Source: Lysobacteraceae bacterium
GTDB lineage: Bacteria; Pseudomonadota; Gammaproteobacteria; Xanthomonadales; Xanthomonadaceae
Direction: 5' to 3'
Assembly: GCA_034376725.1 (NCBI GenBank)
Contig: JAXMJH010000002.1
Span: 12,541-76,540, forward strand
Length of the DNA: 64,000 nucleotides
This document shows, piece after piece, positions 18,204 through 26,367 of this stretch. Numbering within the stretch: the stretch's first letter is position 1; each line of letters begins with the position of its first letter. Below the pieces are notes generated by a model. The model did no database searches. It was not told where the DNA came from and saw only the letters and a list, made by a program, of their open reading frames with translations. The position numbers and the translations under genes were made by a program.

Positions 18204-20438
18204 ATGAAAACGCGCACTTCGCTCAGCCTGATGCTGCCGACAGTGTTTCTGCTTGCCGGGGGGCCGCTCTATGCAGCCGACGAGTCGGCGGAAGTTGAAG
18301 GCCAGGTAAACGAGTCGTCCACAGCCACCGAGATAACCGCTGCGACGACGACCACCAGCGAAACCCGTACGACTGGTGAGATCACGACCAAGCTTTACGT
18401 ATTCGACTATTTCAGCGGCTTCGGTGAGGACCGCACCCAGTTCGTTGAGCGATACAACTATCAGAAGGGGTTCTCCGGCGATCGTCGGTCCGATTTCTTC
18501 GTGGATGCCGACTTCCGCCTGAAAGTGGTGGACGATGATCGCGAGCTGCTGAGCATCGAGCGTCTCGGATTCGGTCGTCACAATCAACGCGGCACGCTGG
18601 AAGCCAATCGCGAGACCTTCGGTATCGAAGCGTACTACTCGCAGTTCCGTTCGGCGACCGGCGGTCTCGACTGGTTGTTCAGCCCGAACCAGGTGCCGGG
18701 CGGCACCGAGCTGGCCGCGTTTTTCCCGGCGCAGACCAACACCAACTCCGGCTTCCTTGCCCAGTTCAATGACGACTCCGGTCGCACCCGGTTCGACGTC
18801 AAGCGGGTCAGCTATGGCGCTGCGGTAAAAATCAAGCCGGTGGTGTTTGAGGATCGAGGGTCGATCAAGGTCGGCTACGACGGCTATCAGCGCACCGGAA
18901 ACCAGCTCACCAGTTTTGTTCTGGGCGGAGGCGACATCCGGGAGGCCGGGACCAATGCCCAAACCAGCGGCCGGGTGTTGCAGCGCTGGCGTGGCATCAA
19001 CCAGGACATCGACGAAAGCGTGAATCGCTTCAAGTTGACCCTGGCCGGAACGCCGGGCAACAAGTTGGTATTGGCCTACGATTTCTCGTGGGACAAGTTC
19101 AACAACAACGGCACGGATCTGATTCACAGCGACGTGGTGCCGTTCCTGGGCTCGGAGTGGCAATACAACACGGGCGGCGATGCCACCCGGCCGCTCGGCT
19201 TCGCGCCGGAGAGTCATCAATTCAGACACGGGCTGAGGGCGTCGCGCACGTTCGGAAAGACCGCGATTTCCGGTGGCTTCGGTCAGTCCTGGCTTGAACA
19301 GGACAGCTTCACCCAGCCGCAGACGCGCGCCGGTTTTGTTGGCAAGACCAGCACCGACAATGCGTTCTTCAACATCGCGAGCAATGTGGTGGCTGGCGTC
19401 AGGCTGGAGGGCTTCCTGCGCTACTACCAGCGCGACAACGACTCCACCTTTCCTGCGCCAGGTCTGATCGACCCGTTCGCTGGCGAGCAACTTGGCGTTC
19501 GCGTCAATGAGATCGAAACCTACACCTACGGCGCGAATGCCTCGTGGCGCAGCCGAACGCTCGATTCGAACTTCATCCTCGGGTGGAAGCACGAGGACAA
19601 GCAGCGCGATCTGACCTTTTCCGGTGCATCGGTCGATCCGACGCTGAACGGCATCACCGCCGAGCGCTCGTTGTTCCGCGAGGACACCGAGTACGACGAG
19701 GTGTCGCTGAAGATCGTTTCCCGCCTGGGCAACAGTACGACTCTGCGTCTGACGCCGTCCTACCTGTGGGCCGACAAGGTCGGCCTGGTGACCGATCCGG
19801 AAACTTCGTTCCAGTTCAAAAGCAATCTGGGACACGTGACCGAGGCAGGTACCTTGTTCAACGCCTATTACAACTACCGTGGCCGGAAAAACAACGACCT
19901 GTCGTTCCTCGGCACCGACGGCAACCTGGCAACCCAGGACCTCGATCGCTCCACCCAGTCGGCCGGGCTATCGGTCGGTTGGAACCCGAGCGAGTGGATC
20001 AGCGCGCAGACCAGCATTGCCTGGCTTCAGGACGACTTTACGGCGCTGTTCTACGGCAGCAATCGCCGTCGATTCGAAGGACCGAACAACCCGGTGATCT
20101 TTTTCCTCCGAGACGAATCCAGTTACGACGTCGACACCTATGTCGCAACGGCCTCGGCCGACTGGCAGGCCAGCGACAGTTTGAGCTACCAGTTCGGTTA
20201 CACATTTTCGAGATCCGACGGCAAGACCGCCAGCGGCGTGATTTTCGATGAGCTTCCGACCCAGGACGGCAGAATCGACAATACGCTGCATAGCCTCCAG
20301 GTTGGCTTGCGCTACCAGTACACCCAAAAGATCGGCGTTTCGGGCATGTATGTCATCGATTACTACACCGATGACGCGTTCGATGATCTGACCGGTGGCG
20401 TACACTCGCTGATGCTGGGGCTGACGGTTGCATTCTGA
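18204..20438 (+). CDS. putative MtrB/PioB-like outer-membrane beta-barrel porin (copy 1, divergent)
   Basis: 744 aa with a signal peptide and a Thr-rich linker. Alternating beta-strand-like composition rich in Y/G/D/N, with terminal aromatic ...LGLTVAF. It sits immediately after the decahaem gene. The assignment rests mainly on context and composition. Confidence 0.6.
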   Translation: MKTRTSLSLMLPTVFLLAGGPLYAADESAEVEGQVNESSTATEITAATTTTSETRTTGEITTKLYVFDYFSGFGEDRTQFVERYNYQKGFSGDRRSDFFVDADFRLKVVDDDRELLSIERLGFGRHNQRGTLEANRETFGIEAYYSQFRSATGGLDWLFSPNQVPGGTELAAFFPAQTNTNSGFLAQFNDDSGRTRFDVKRVSYGAAVKIKPVVFEDRGSIKVGYDGYQRTGNQLTSFVLGGGDIREAGTNAQTSGRVLQRWRGINQDIDESVNRFKLTLAGTPGNKLVLAYDFSWDKFNNNGTDLIHSDVVPFLGSEWQYNTGGDATRPLGFAPESHQFRHGLRASRTFGKTAISGGFGQSWLEQDSFTQPQTRAGFVGKTSTDNAFFNIASNVVAGVRLEGFLRYYQRDNDSTFPAPGLIDPFAGEQLGVRVNEIETYTYGANASWRSRTLDSNFILGWKHEDKQRDLTFSGASVDPTLNGITAERSLFREDTEYDEVSLKIVSRLGNSTTLRLTPSYLWADKVGLVTDPETSFQFKSNLGHVTEAGTLFNAYYNYRGRKNNDLSFLGTDGNLATQDLDRSTQSAGLSVGWNPSEWISAQTSIAWLQDDFTALFYGSNRRRFEGPNNPVIFFLRDESSYDVDTYVATASADWQASDSLSYQFGYTFSRSDGKTASGVIFDELPTQDGRIDNTLHSLQVGLRYQYTQKIGVSGMYVIDYYTDDAFDDLTGGVHSLMLGLTVAF

Positions 20439-20482
20439 CGATTCCGCGTCCCGGAATACCGCAAGACAGATTGGTTGAATCC

Positions 20483-20510
20483 AACCCTCTCCCGCTGGGA
20501 GAGGGTTTTG
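20483..20510 (+). terminator. rho-independent terminator after module 1
   Basis: AACCCTCTCCC-GCT-GGGAGAGGGTT (11-bp perfect stem) followed by TTTG, 45 nt after the stop at 20438. Confidence 0.75.
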
Positions 20511-20891
20511 CGCTGGAGAGCCGTTGGGCCGCACAGTCCACCGCGCTTTTCGCCGTATCTACTGACCTTTTCCGGGCTTTTGGGCCGAATTTCTCTCTGA
20601 GGCGCAAGGCGCTCTCCGGGCGTTGGTAGGCCGGACTTCAAATCCCTCCTTGAGAGTCGTCTCCGCCGATTCCTGAACCATGGTGGCGCTATGGCTCGTA
20701 GAGCCGCCGAACATCTGTCCTTACGGCCGACAATCGATTGGACCGGCAATGCCCGGCAGGCCACCGGTTGCTTCAAGCGTGTGCGCCAGGGCGGTCATGG
20801 CCGTTTCGCTCGATTGCTGTTCTGCCTTGGTGCGCCGCTCTCAGACGGCCCCGCCGCGCCTCTCACTGATTGATTCGACGCCCCGCCAGGA

Positions 20892-20905
20892 TTGACATCA
20901 ATCAA
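20892..20905 (+). promoter_or_regulatory. second FNR/CRP-type palindrome TTGAC-ATCA-ATCAA
   Basis: TTGA-N6-TCAA, matching 9 of 10 positions of TTGAT-N4-ATCAA, about 140 nt upstream of the second NapC-like gene. A weak -10 candidate TGTTAG at 20925..20930 has the same spacing to the dyad as in module 1. A TGATTGAT at 20867..20874 is the inverted complement of ATCAATCA at 20897..20904. Confidence 0.45.
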
Positions 20906-21042
20906 CTGGCGGATGTAAAGACTGTGTTAGCTTGTGCCGTGCCGAATACCCCTAAAAGGCCCGGACAACGGCCCGCAGAGGACGCAAGACCCAGAGCCGC
21001 GCTGGAAGCCTTCAGCGCCGCGACCAGAGGGAGATCATTCGG

Positions 21043-21651
21043 ATGGCACGTATTTTCGAGCACTGGCGCGAGGCGTTTCGCAAGTCGCGCGTTGCGTTTC
21101 TTGGCCTCCTGCTGATCGGCCTGTTGCTGGGAGCAATCGCGCTGGCCGGCACGGCGGTGGTGGTGGAGTCGACCAGCACCCTGGAATTCTGTACCTCCTG
21201 TCACGAGATGGAGGCCTTCGTATTCCAGGAATACAAGGAAACCCACCATTACCAGAATCGCACCGGCGTACGCGCCGAGTGCTCCGACTGCCATGTGCCG
21301 AAGCCGCCGTTGGCCAAGATGGCGCGCAAGATCCGCGCGACCTTCACCGAGGTTCCCGGCCATTTCCTGGGCCGGATCGACACTCGGGAGAAGTTCGAGG
21401 CGCATCGGCTGACCATGGCCGAGCGGGTCTGGGCCGAGATGAAGGCCAACGATTCGCGCGAGTGCCGCGATTGCCATGATCGCGAGGCGATGCTGATGGA
21501 CAAGCAGCGCCCACGCTCGCGCAATCAGCACGAAAGCGCCATCGCCAGCGGCGAAACCTGCATCGATTGCCACAAGGGCATCGCCCACAAGAAACCCACG
21601 CTGCCCGAAGACGAGGCCAGCGAAGAGGAAGAGACCGATTTCAGCCTGTGA
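21043..21651 (+). CDS. NapC/NirT/TorC/CymA family membrane-anchored tetrahaem cytochrome c (copy 2)
   Basis: TM helix plus four CXXCH motifs (CTSCH, CSDCH, CRDCH, CIDCH). It is clearly paralogous to the 16533..17171 product and has an acidic C-terminal tail. Confidence 0.9.
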   Translation: MARIFEHWREAFRKSRVAFLGLLLIGLLLGAIALAGTAVVVESTSTLEFCTSCHEMEAFVFQEYKETHHYQNRTGVRAECSDCHVPKPPLAKMARKIRATFTEVPGHFLGRIDTREKFEAHRLTMAERVWAEMKANDSRECRDCHDREAMLMDKQRPRSRNQHESAIASGETCIDCHKGIAHKKPTLPEDEASEEEETDFSL

Positions 21652-21698
21652 TTCGACCCATCCCCGGGTCAGTGCATGCGCATCCAGTGGAGACCGTT

Positions 21699-22664
21699 AT
21701 GAACACAACCAACGTTAGTCAGATTTCTGTCTGCGGCTTGCCGCGCAGCCTGCTCGCCGTCGCGCTGATGCTTGCCGCCGGCTGGGCGCAGGCGGTCGAC
21801 TGGAGTGGCGTTCCGGCAACCGACGTGCCGCTGTTCTATCCCGGACAGGCGTCATGGGAATGGGTGATGACCGAAAAGGATCACAGCGGCGCACCCAACT
21901 TCCGCAGCGGGAAGAACTGCAAAGCCTGTCATGACGGCGAACAGGGCGATATCGGCAACACCATCGTGTCCGGCGAGAAACTGGTGCCGGCCCCTGTCGC
22001 TGGCCGTCCCGGAGGAATCTCGCTGCATGTGCAGACCGCCCGCGATGCCGAACGGTTGTATTTCCGGCTGCGCTGGAAAGCCGGCTCAGGCGCGCCAGCG
22101 CTGGACGCCGACACCGCCGCGCGGGTGACTGTGATGATCGACGACGGCACGGTAAAAGAAGCCGCGCGGGCCGGCTGCTGGGGCAGCTGTCACGACGACA
22201 GCATCGGCATGGCCAGTGCATCGGCCGACGGAAGAACCGCCAAATATCTGAGTGCTTCGCGCAGCAAACTCACCCGGCAGGGCGGTGGCGAGAACATCAA
22301 GCCGGCTGCGGATCTGGCGGCGCTCAAGTCGAGCGGCGCCTTTCTCGAATACTGGCAGGCCAAGCTCAATCCCGGACAGCCGGCCAAGGCCGTGTCCGGC
22401 TACATCCTCGACAAGCGCCACGAGACGACGGGCACGGCGGTGGCCGCCGATGCCACGTTCGAGGGCGGCGAGTGGACGGTGGTGTTGAGTCGTCCGCTGG
22501 CGGCCGCTGGCGAAGGCAGCAAGTCGATCGTGGCCGGCAAGACCTACAACATCGGCTTCGCCGTGCATGACGATCACGCCGACCACAGGCATCACCACGT
22601 TTCGTTCGAATACACCCTCGCGCTCGACGGAAGCGGCAGCGATTTTGTTGCCAGGGCGAAGTAG
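21699..22664 (+). CDS. periplasmic EB_dh-like (ethylbenzene dehydrogenase gamma / type II DMSO-reductase haem subunit-like) domain protein with c-type haem motif(s)
   Basis: Start trimmed to the ATG at 21699 (GGAG 8 nt upstream) with signal peptide ...AAGWAQA|VD. One CKACH, one CWGSCH (CX3CH) and a His cluster HDDHADHRHHH. Segments LYFRLRWKA, FLEYWQAK, GGEWTVVLSRPL and GKTYNIGFAVHDD resemble the EB_dh domain pattern from memory. Confidence 0.65.
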   Translation: MNTTNVSQISVCGLPRSLLAVALMLAAGWAQAVDWSGVPATDVPLFYPGQASWEWVMTEKDHSGAPNFRSGKNCKACHDGEQGDIGNTIVSGEKLVPAPVAGRPGGISLHVQTARDAERLYFRLRWKAGSGAPALDADTAARVTVMIDDGTVKEAARAGCWGSCHDDSIGMASASADGRTAKYLSASRSKLTRQGGGENIKPAADLAALKSSGAFLEYWQAKLNPGQPAKAVSGYILDKRHETTGTAVAADATFEGGEWTVVLSRPLAAAGEGSKSIVAGKTYNIGFAVHDDHADHRHHHVSFEYTLALDGSGSDFVARAK

Positions 22665-22715
22665 CCCGAAATCCGGAGCAGTCGAGGCAGACATCGCAAG
22701 TATCTGGAGAACGTC

Positions 22716-23693
22716 ATGAAAAAAGCCCTTGCACTCTTGCTCGGGACCGGACTGTCGGCCATCGTGCTGCTAGCCTCAGGGGTCGGCCCTGCCGCGGCGC
22801 AGTTGCTGAGCGAGCAACCGGAGAACCAGTCCGGAAAAACCGGCGCAGAGGCGGTGCGTACCTGCACCCGCTGTCACGACGAATCCAGCGAATATCCGGT
22901 GCTGTCGATCCTCAAGTCCAAGCACGCGGTGGTGGCCGACGGCCGCACCCCGTTCGCCGACAAGGCCTGTGCTTCCTGTCACGGCGCCAGCCTCGATCAC
23001 ATGGAGGCGGTGGGCGACGGCGCCACGCGGGCAGCGCCGGACATCGTTTTCTCGAAGTCCGGTCCGACTTCAAAGCACGATCAGAACGCCGTGTGCATGG
23101 ATTGCCACAAGGGCAGTGCGCGCATCCACTGGCAGGGCAGCGTCCACGAGCAGCAGGACGTGGGCTGCGTCGACTGTCACCAGTCGCATGTCGGCGATGA
23201 CCCGGTGTTGGCCGCACAGACCCAGTCCGACCAGTGCTTTGCCTGCCACAAGGAAAAGCGCGCCGAGATTCATCGCCCGTCCAGTCACCCGATTCGCGAA
23301 GGCAAGGTGGCATGCAGCGACTGCCACAACCCGCATGGTTCCAACGGTCCCAAGCTGCTGACCAAGGCCACGCTCAACGAGACCTGCTACGACTGCCACA
23401 CCGAGAAGCGCGGCCCGTTCCTGTGGGAGCACCAGCCGGTGCGCGAGGATTGCTCGCTGTGCCACAAGCCGCATGGCTCGGTGCATGACAACCTGCTGGT
23501 CACGCGCGGCCCGTGGCTGTGCCAGCAGTGTCATATGGCGCAGTTCCACCCGAGCACGGCCTTCAGCGGCACCGGCCTGCCGGGCGCCAGCACACCATCG
23601 GGAGCGCAGCAGGTGCTGGGCAAGAACTGCCTCAACTGCCATTCGCAGATCCATGGTTCCAATCACCCGTCCGGTGTGCGCAAGACGCGTTAG
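22716..23693 (+). CDS. MtrA/DmsE/PioA/MtoA family periplasmic decahaem cytochrome c (copy 2)
   Basis: Signal peptide and ten CXXCH motifs in 325 aa (CTRCH, CASCH, CMDCH, CVDCH, CFACH, CSDCH, CYDCH, CSLCH, CQQCH, CLNCH). Canonical family C-terminus CLNCHSQIHGSNHPSG. Confidence 0.9.
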   Translation: MKKALALLLGTGLSAIVLLASGVGPAAAQLLSEQPENQSGKTGAEAVRTCTRCHDESSEYPVLSILKSKHAVVADGRTPFADKACASCHGASLDHMEAVGDGATRAAPDIVFSKSGPTSKHDQNAVCMDCHKGSARIHWQGSVHEQQDVGCVDCHQSHVGDDPVLAAQTQSDQCFACHKEKRAEIHRPSSHPIREGKVACSDCHNPHGSNGPKLLTKATLNETCYDCHTEKRGPFLWEHQPVREDCSLCHKPHGSVHDNLLVTRGPWLCQQCHMAQFHPSTAFSGTGLPGASTPSGAQQVLGKNCLNCHSQIHGSNHPSGVRKTR

Positions 23694-23767
23694 CGCGGAC
23701 GAAACGACAGATGCCGGCCCGCCAAGGCGTGGCCGGCGAAGCGAAAAACGCAACGGCGAGGTGTCCC

Positions 23768-26086
23768 ATGAAACGCAATCGCAACCCATCAAGCTCCCAG
23801 AACCGGGATGGCCCGGTCCGCGTGCTGGCCCGCCGGCCGCTCTACCTGCTGCTGATGATGAGTCTGGCCATGCCGGCCGTCGCCCTGGCTCAGGACGATG
23901 ATCCGTTTGCGCTCGACGAGCCAACCGCCCCGGCGATGAGCGAAGCACAGATCAGGGATCTGACCGAAATCCGCAGCGTGGTCGAGATCGGCATCGGTTT
24001 CGTCACCCAGGATTCGTTCCGCTTCGGCAAGTTCAACGGTCTGGAGGACGACGGCCCCTACGGCGTTTTCAATCTCGACTACTACAAGCGCGGCGCGTGG
24101 GACGGCGACAGCGCAGATTACGTGCGCATCCGGGCCGACAACCTGGGTCTCGATTCGCGTTCGGTCGATGCCGAAGTCGGCCGACAGGGCGACTATCGGG
24201 TTCGGGTGAGTTACGACGAGATTCCCAGCAATCGCAGCGATTCGGCGCAGACCATCTTTCAGGGTGCCGGCGGCAACAACCTCACCCTGCCTCCGGACTG
24301 GGTGCCGGCGCAGAACACGGCGGGAATGACCAATCTGCTTTCCAGCCTGCGTGATGTCGAGCTGCGCACTGAGCGTCAGCGGTTCGGCGCGGGCCTGGAC
24401 AAGCTGCTTCCCGGCGACCTGTCGTTCTCGATCGATTACCAGTACGAGGAAAAGGACGGCCTGAAAGGTTTGGCCGGCACGTTCGGCAATACCGGCGGCA
24501 ATCCGCGTTCGGTGCTGCTGCCCGAGCCGGTCGACTACGAAACCCACAAGATCGATCTGGTCGGTCGCTACATCCAGGACAAGATGCAGGTCGAGCTGCG
24601 CTATCACGCCTCGATTTTCAACAACGACAACGCCTCGCTGCGCTGGCAGAACCCGTTCAGTGCGATCAATGGCTGGGTGCCTTCGGCGGGTTTCCCCACC
24701 GGCGTGGGCGAGATGGCCCTGCCGCCCGACAACACCTTCCATCAAGGTACGGCGCTGTTCGGCTACAACTTCGATAATCGCAACCGCATCGTCGCCGACA
24801 TCGCCATCGGACGGATGAGTCAGAACGACCCATTCCTGGCGTTCACCGTCGACCCGATTCTCGCGGCGGGGATCACCGAACCACTGCCCCGGGATTCGCT
24901 GGATGGCCGCATCGATACCATGGTGGCCAACCTGCGTTATTCCGGTCGGCTGACCGACCGGCTGAACCTCAACGCCAGCTACCGCTACGACGAGCGCGAC
25001 AACGAGACGCCCAGGGATCGCTACGCGATGATTTCGGCCGACTCGATCGCACAGGACCTCAGCCCGACCAGCAGCCGCGTTCGCTTCAATCAACCCTACA
25101 GCTACGAGGAGAACCAGCTCCGGCTGGACCTGAACTACCGGCTGGCCGCCCGTACCCGGGTCAATGTGCTCGGCGAATATCGCGATATCGATCGCACATT
25201 CACCGAGCGCAACAGCTCCGAGGAGTGGACCTACGGCGCCGGGCTGATCCATCAGCTGTCCGACACGCTGGACCTGAATCTGAAGCTCTCGCGCGCCGAG
25301 CGGGATGGTTCGCAGTACGACGGCACGGCGCCGTTCCGCTCCGGGTTCACGCCGGAGCATGTCGCCTCGCTGCCCGGTGGTTTCGAGAACCCGCCGCAAC
25401 TGCGTCGGTTCCACCTGGCCAACCGCGACCGCGATCTGGCGGGCATTCTGGCCACCTGGACACCGTCGGAGTTCTGGTCGGTCGGCCTGGACGTGAACTA
25501 CAGCCGGGACGATTACACCGACTCCGAACTGGGTCTGACCGGCGCGCGGATTCGAGCCTATACCCTGGAATTCAACGCCACGCCGGTGCGCGATCTGTCG
25601 ACCTACGCGTTCTTCACCCACGAGGAAAACGACTATGACCAGAACGGCGTGAGCTTTCAGGGCGGAGCGAACCGCGTCAACCAGGTGAACGATCCGAATC
25701 GGTTCTGGCAGGCGCTGCACCGCGAGCGTATCGATACCGCCGGCTTGGGCTTCGCCTGGAAGCCCAATGACGGTCGCTACCAGTTCGGTCTCGACCTGGT
25801 GAGCACGCTGTCTAAGGCCGATGTTGCGGTAAGCACGGGATCGGCGCTCAGCTCGGCGCCGCTGCCCAGCAGTCGCGTTCGGCTCAACTCGGCCACGCTG
25901 TTCGGTACCTTCGCAATCACCGACGATCTGGCCGTGCGCGGCGACATCTGGCACGAGCGCTATCGCAGCGAGGACTTCGCGTTGGATATCCCGGCCAACC
26001 AGCTGGCCAACGTGATCCTGTTCGGCGAAGAAGCGCCCGACTTCGATGTGACCTTCGTCAGCCTGTCGCTGATCTATCGGTTCTGA
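23768..26086 (+). CDS. MtrB/PioB family decahaem-associated outer-membrane beta-barrel protein (copy 2)
   Basis: Start trimmed to the ATG at 23768, with signal peptide ...AVALA|QDD. The N-terminal pattern FRFGKFNGLEDDGPYGVFNLDYY...NLGLDSR...GDYRV...YDEIP is typical of the MtrB/PioB family. C-terminus LSLIYRF. Confidence 0.85.
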   Translation: MKRNRNPSSSQNRDGPVRVLARRPLYLLLMMSLAMPAVALAQDDDPFALDEPTAPAMSEAQIRDLTEIRSVVEIGIGFVTQDSFRFGKFNGLEDDGPYGVFNLDYYKRGAWDGDSADYVRIRADNLGLDSRSVDAEVGRQGDYRVRVSYDEIPSNRSDSAQTIFQGAGGNNLTLPPDWVPAQNTAGMTNLLSSLRDVELRTERQRFGAGLDKLLPGDLSFSIDYQYEEKDGLKGLAGTFGNTGGNPRSVLLPEPVDYETHKIDLVGRYIQDKMQVELRYHASIFNNDNASLRWQNPFSAINGWVPSAGFPTGVGEMALPPDNTFHQGTALFGYNFDNRNRIVADIAIGRMSQNDPFLAFTVDPILAAGITEPLPRDSLDGRIDTMVANLRYSGRLTDRLNLNASYRYDERDNETPRDRYAMISADSIAQDLSPTSSRVRFNQPYSYEENQLRLDLNYRLAARTRVNVLGEYRDIDRTFTERNSSEEWTYGAGLIHQLSDTLDLNLKLSRAERDGSQYDGTAPFRSGFTPEHVASLPGGFENPPQLRRFHLANRDRDLAGILATWTPSEFWSVGLDVNYSRDDYTDSELGLTGARIRAYTLEFNATPVRDLSTYAFFTHEENDYDQNGVSFQGGANRVNQVNDPNRFWQALHRERIDTAGLGFAWKPNDGRYQFGLDLVSTLSKADVAVSTGSALSSAPLPSSRVRLNSATLFGTFAITDDLAVRGDIWHERYRSEDFALDIPANQLANVILFGEEAPDFDVTFVSLSLIYRF

Positions 26087-26103
26087 TCCCCAGCGAAGGG
26101 ACG

Positions 26104-26143
26104 GCCTCGCCTCGCGCGTCACTCTCCGCGCGCGGGGCGAGGC
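26104..26143 (+). terminator. GC-rich hairpin after module 2 (possible terminator, no U-tract)
   Basis: GCCTCGCC(T)CGCGCG - loop - CGCGCG(G)GGCGAGGC, an interrupted stem of about 14 bp starting 18 nt after the stop. It is followed by GATCGC rather than a T-run. Confidence 0.4.
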
Positions 26144-26367
26144 GATCGCTTGATGCGATCAGGGTTGTTGCATTCTGAGGAATGGCCTTCGGCCGATGCT
26201 GGCTCAGAGATGCGGCGGGCCGGCCCGCTTGTCCCGGATCGAAGCGTGGCGCGAATGCCGCCGATCGAAACCCCACACTGTCACGCCTGATCCAGACTCC
26301 CGGCCTTCGGCCCGGACTGGGCTTTACGGTCTACCTGAATGGCGCTGCCAAGTGGCGCTGCCCGCCG

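Noticed and set aside
20363-20776. AAGGAGG followed by TTG on the minus strand inside the inter-module spacer, opening a 137-aa-frame ORF
   Set aside because: The SD-to-start spacing would be only about 3 nt. The reading frame runs antisense into the barrel gene and across its terminator hairpin, and the product has no recognisable features.
18123-26122. Long minus-strand ORFs (570 aa at 18123..19835, 777 aa at 23789..26122, and others) opposite the cytochrome/porin genes
   Set aside because: They are antisense shadows of the two barrel genes, which have signal peptides, C-terminal aromatic residues and family motifs. The antisense products are Arg/Gly/Val-rich with no motifs.
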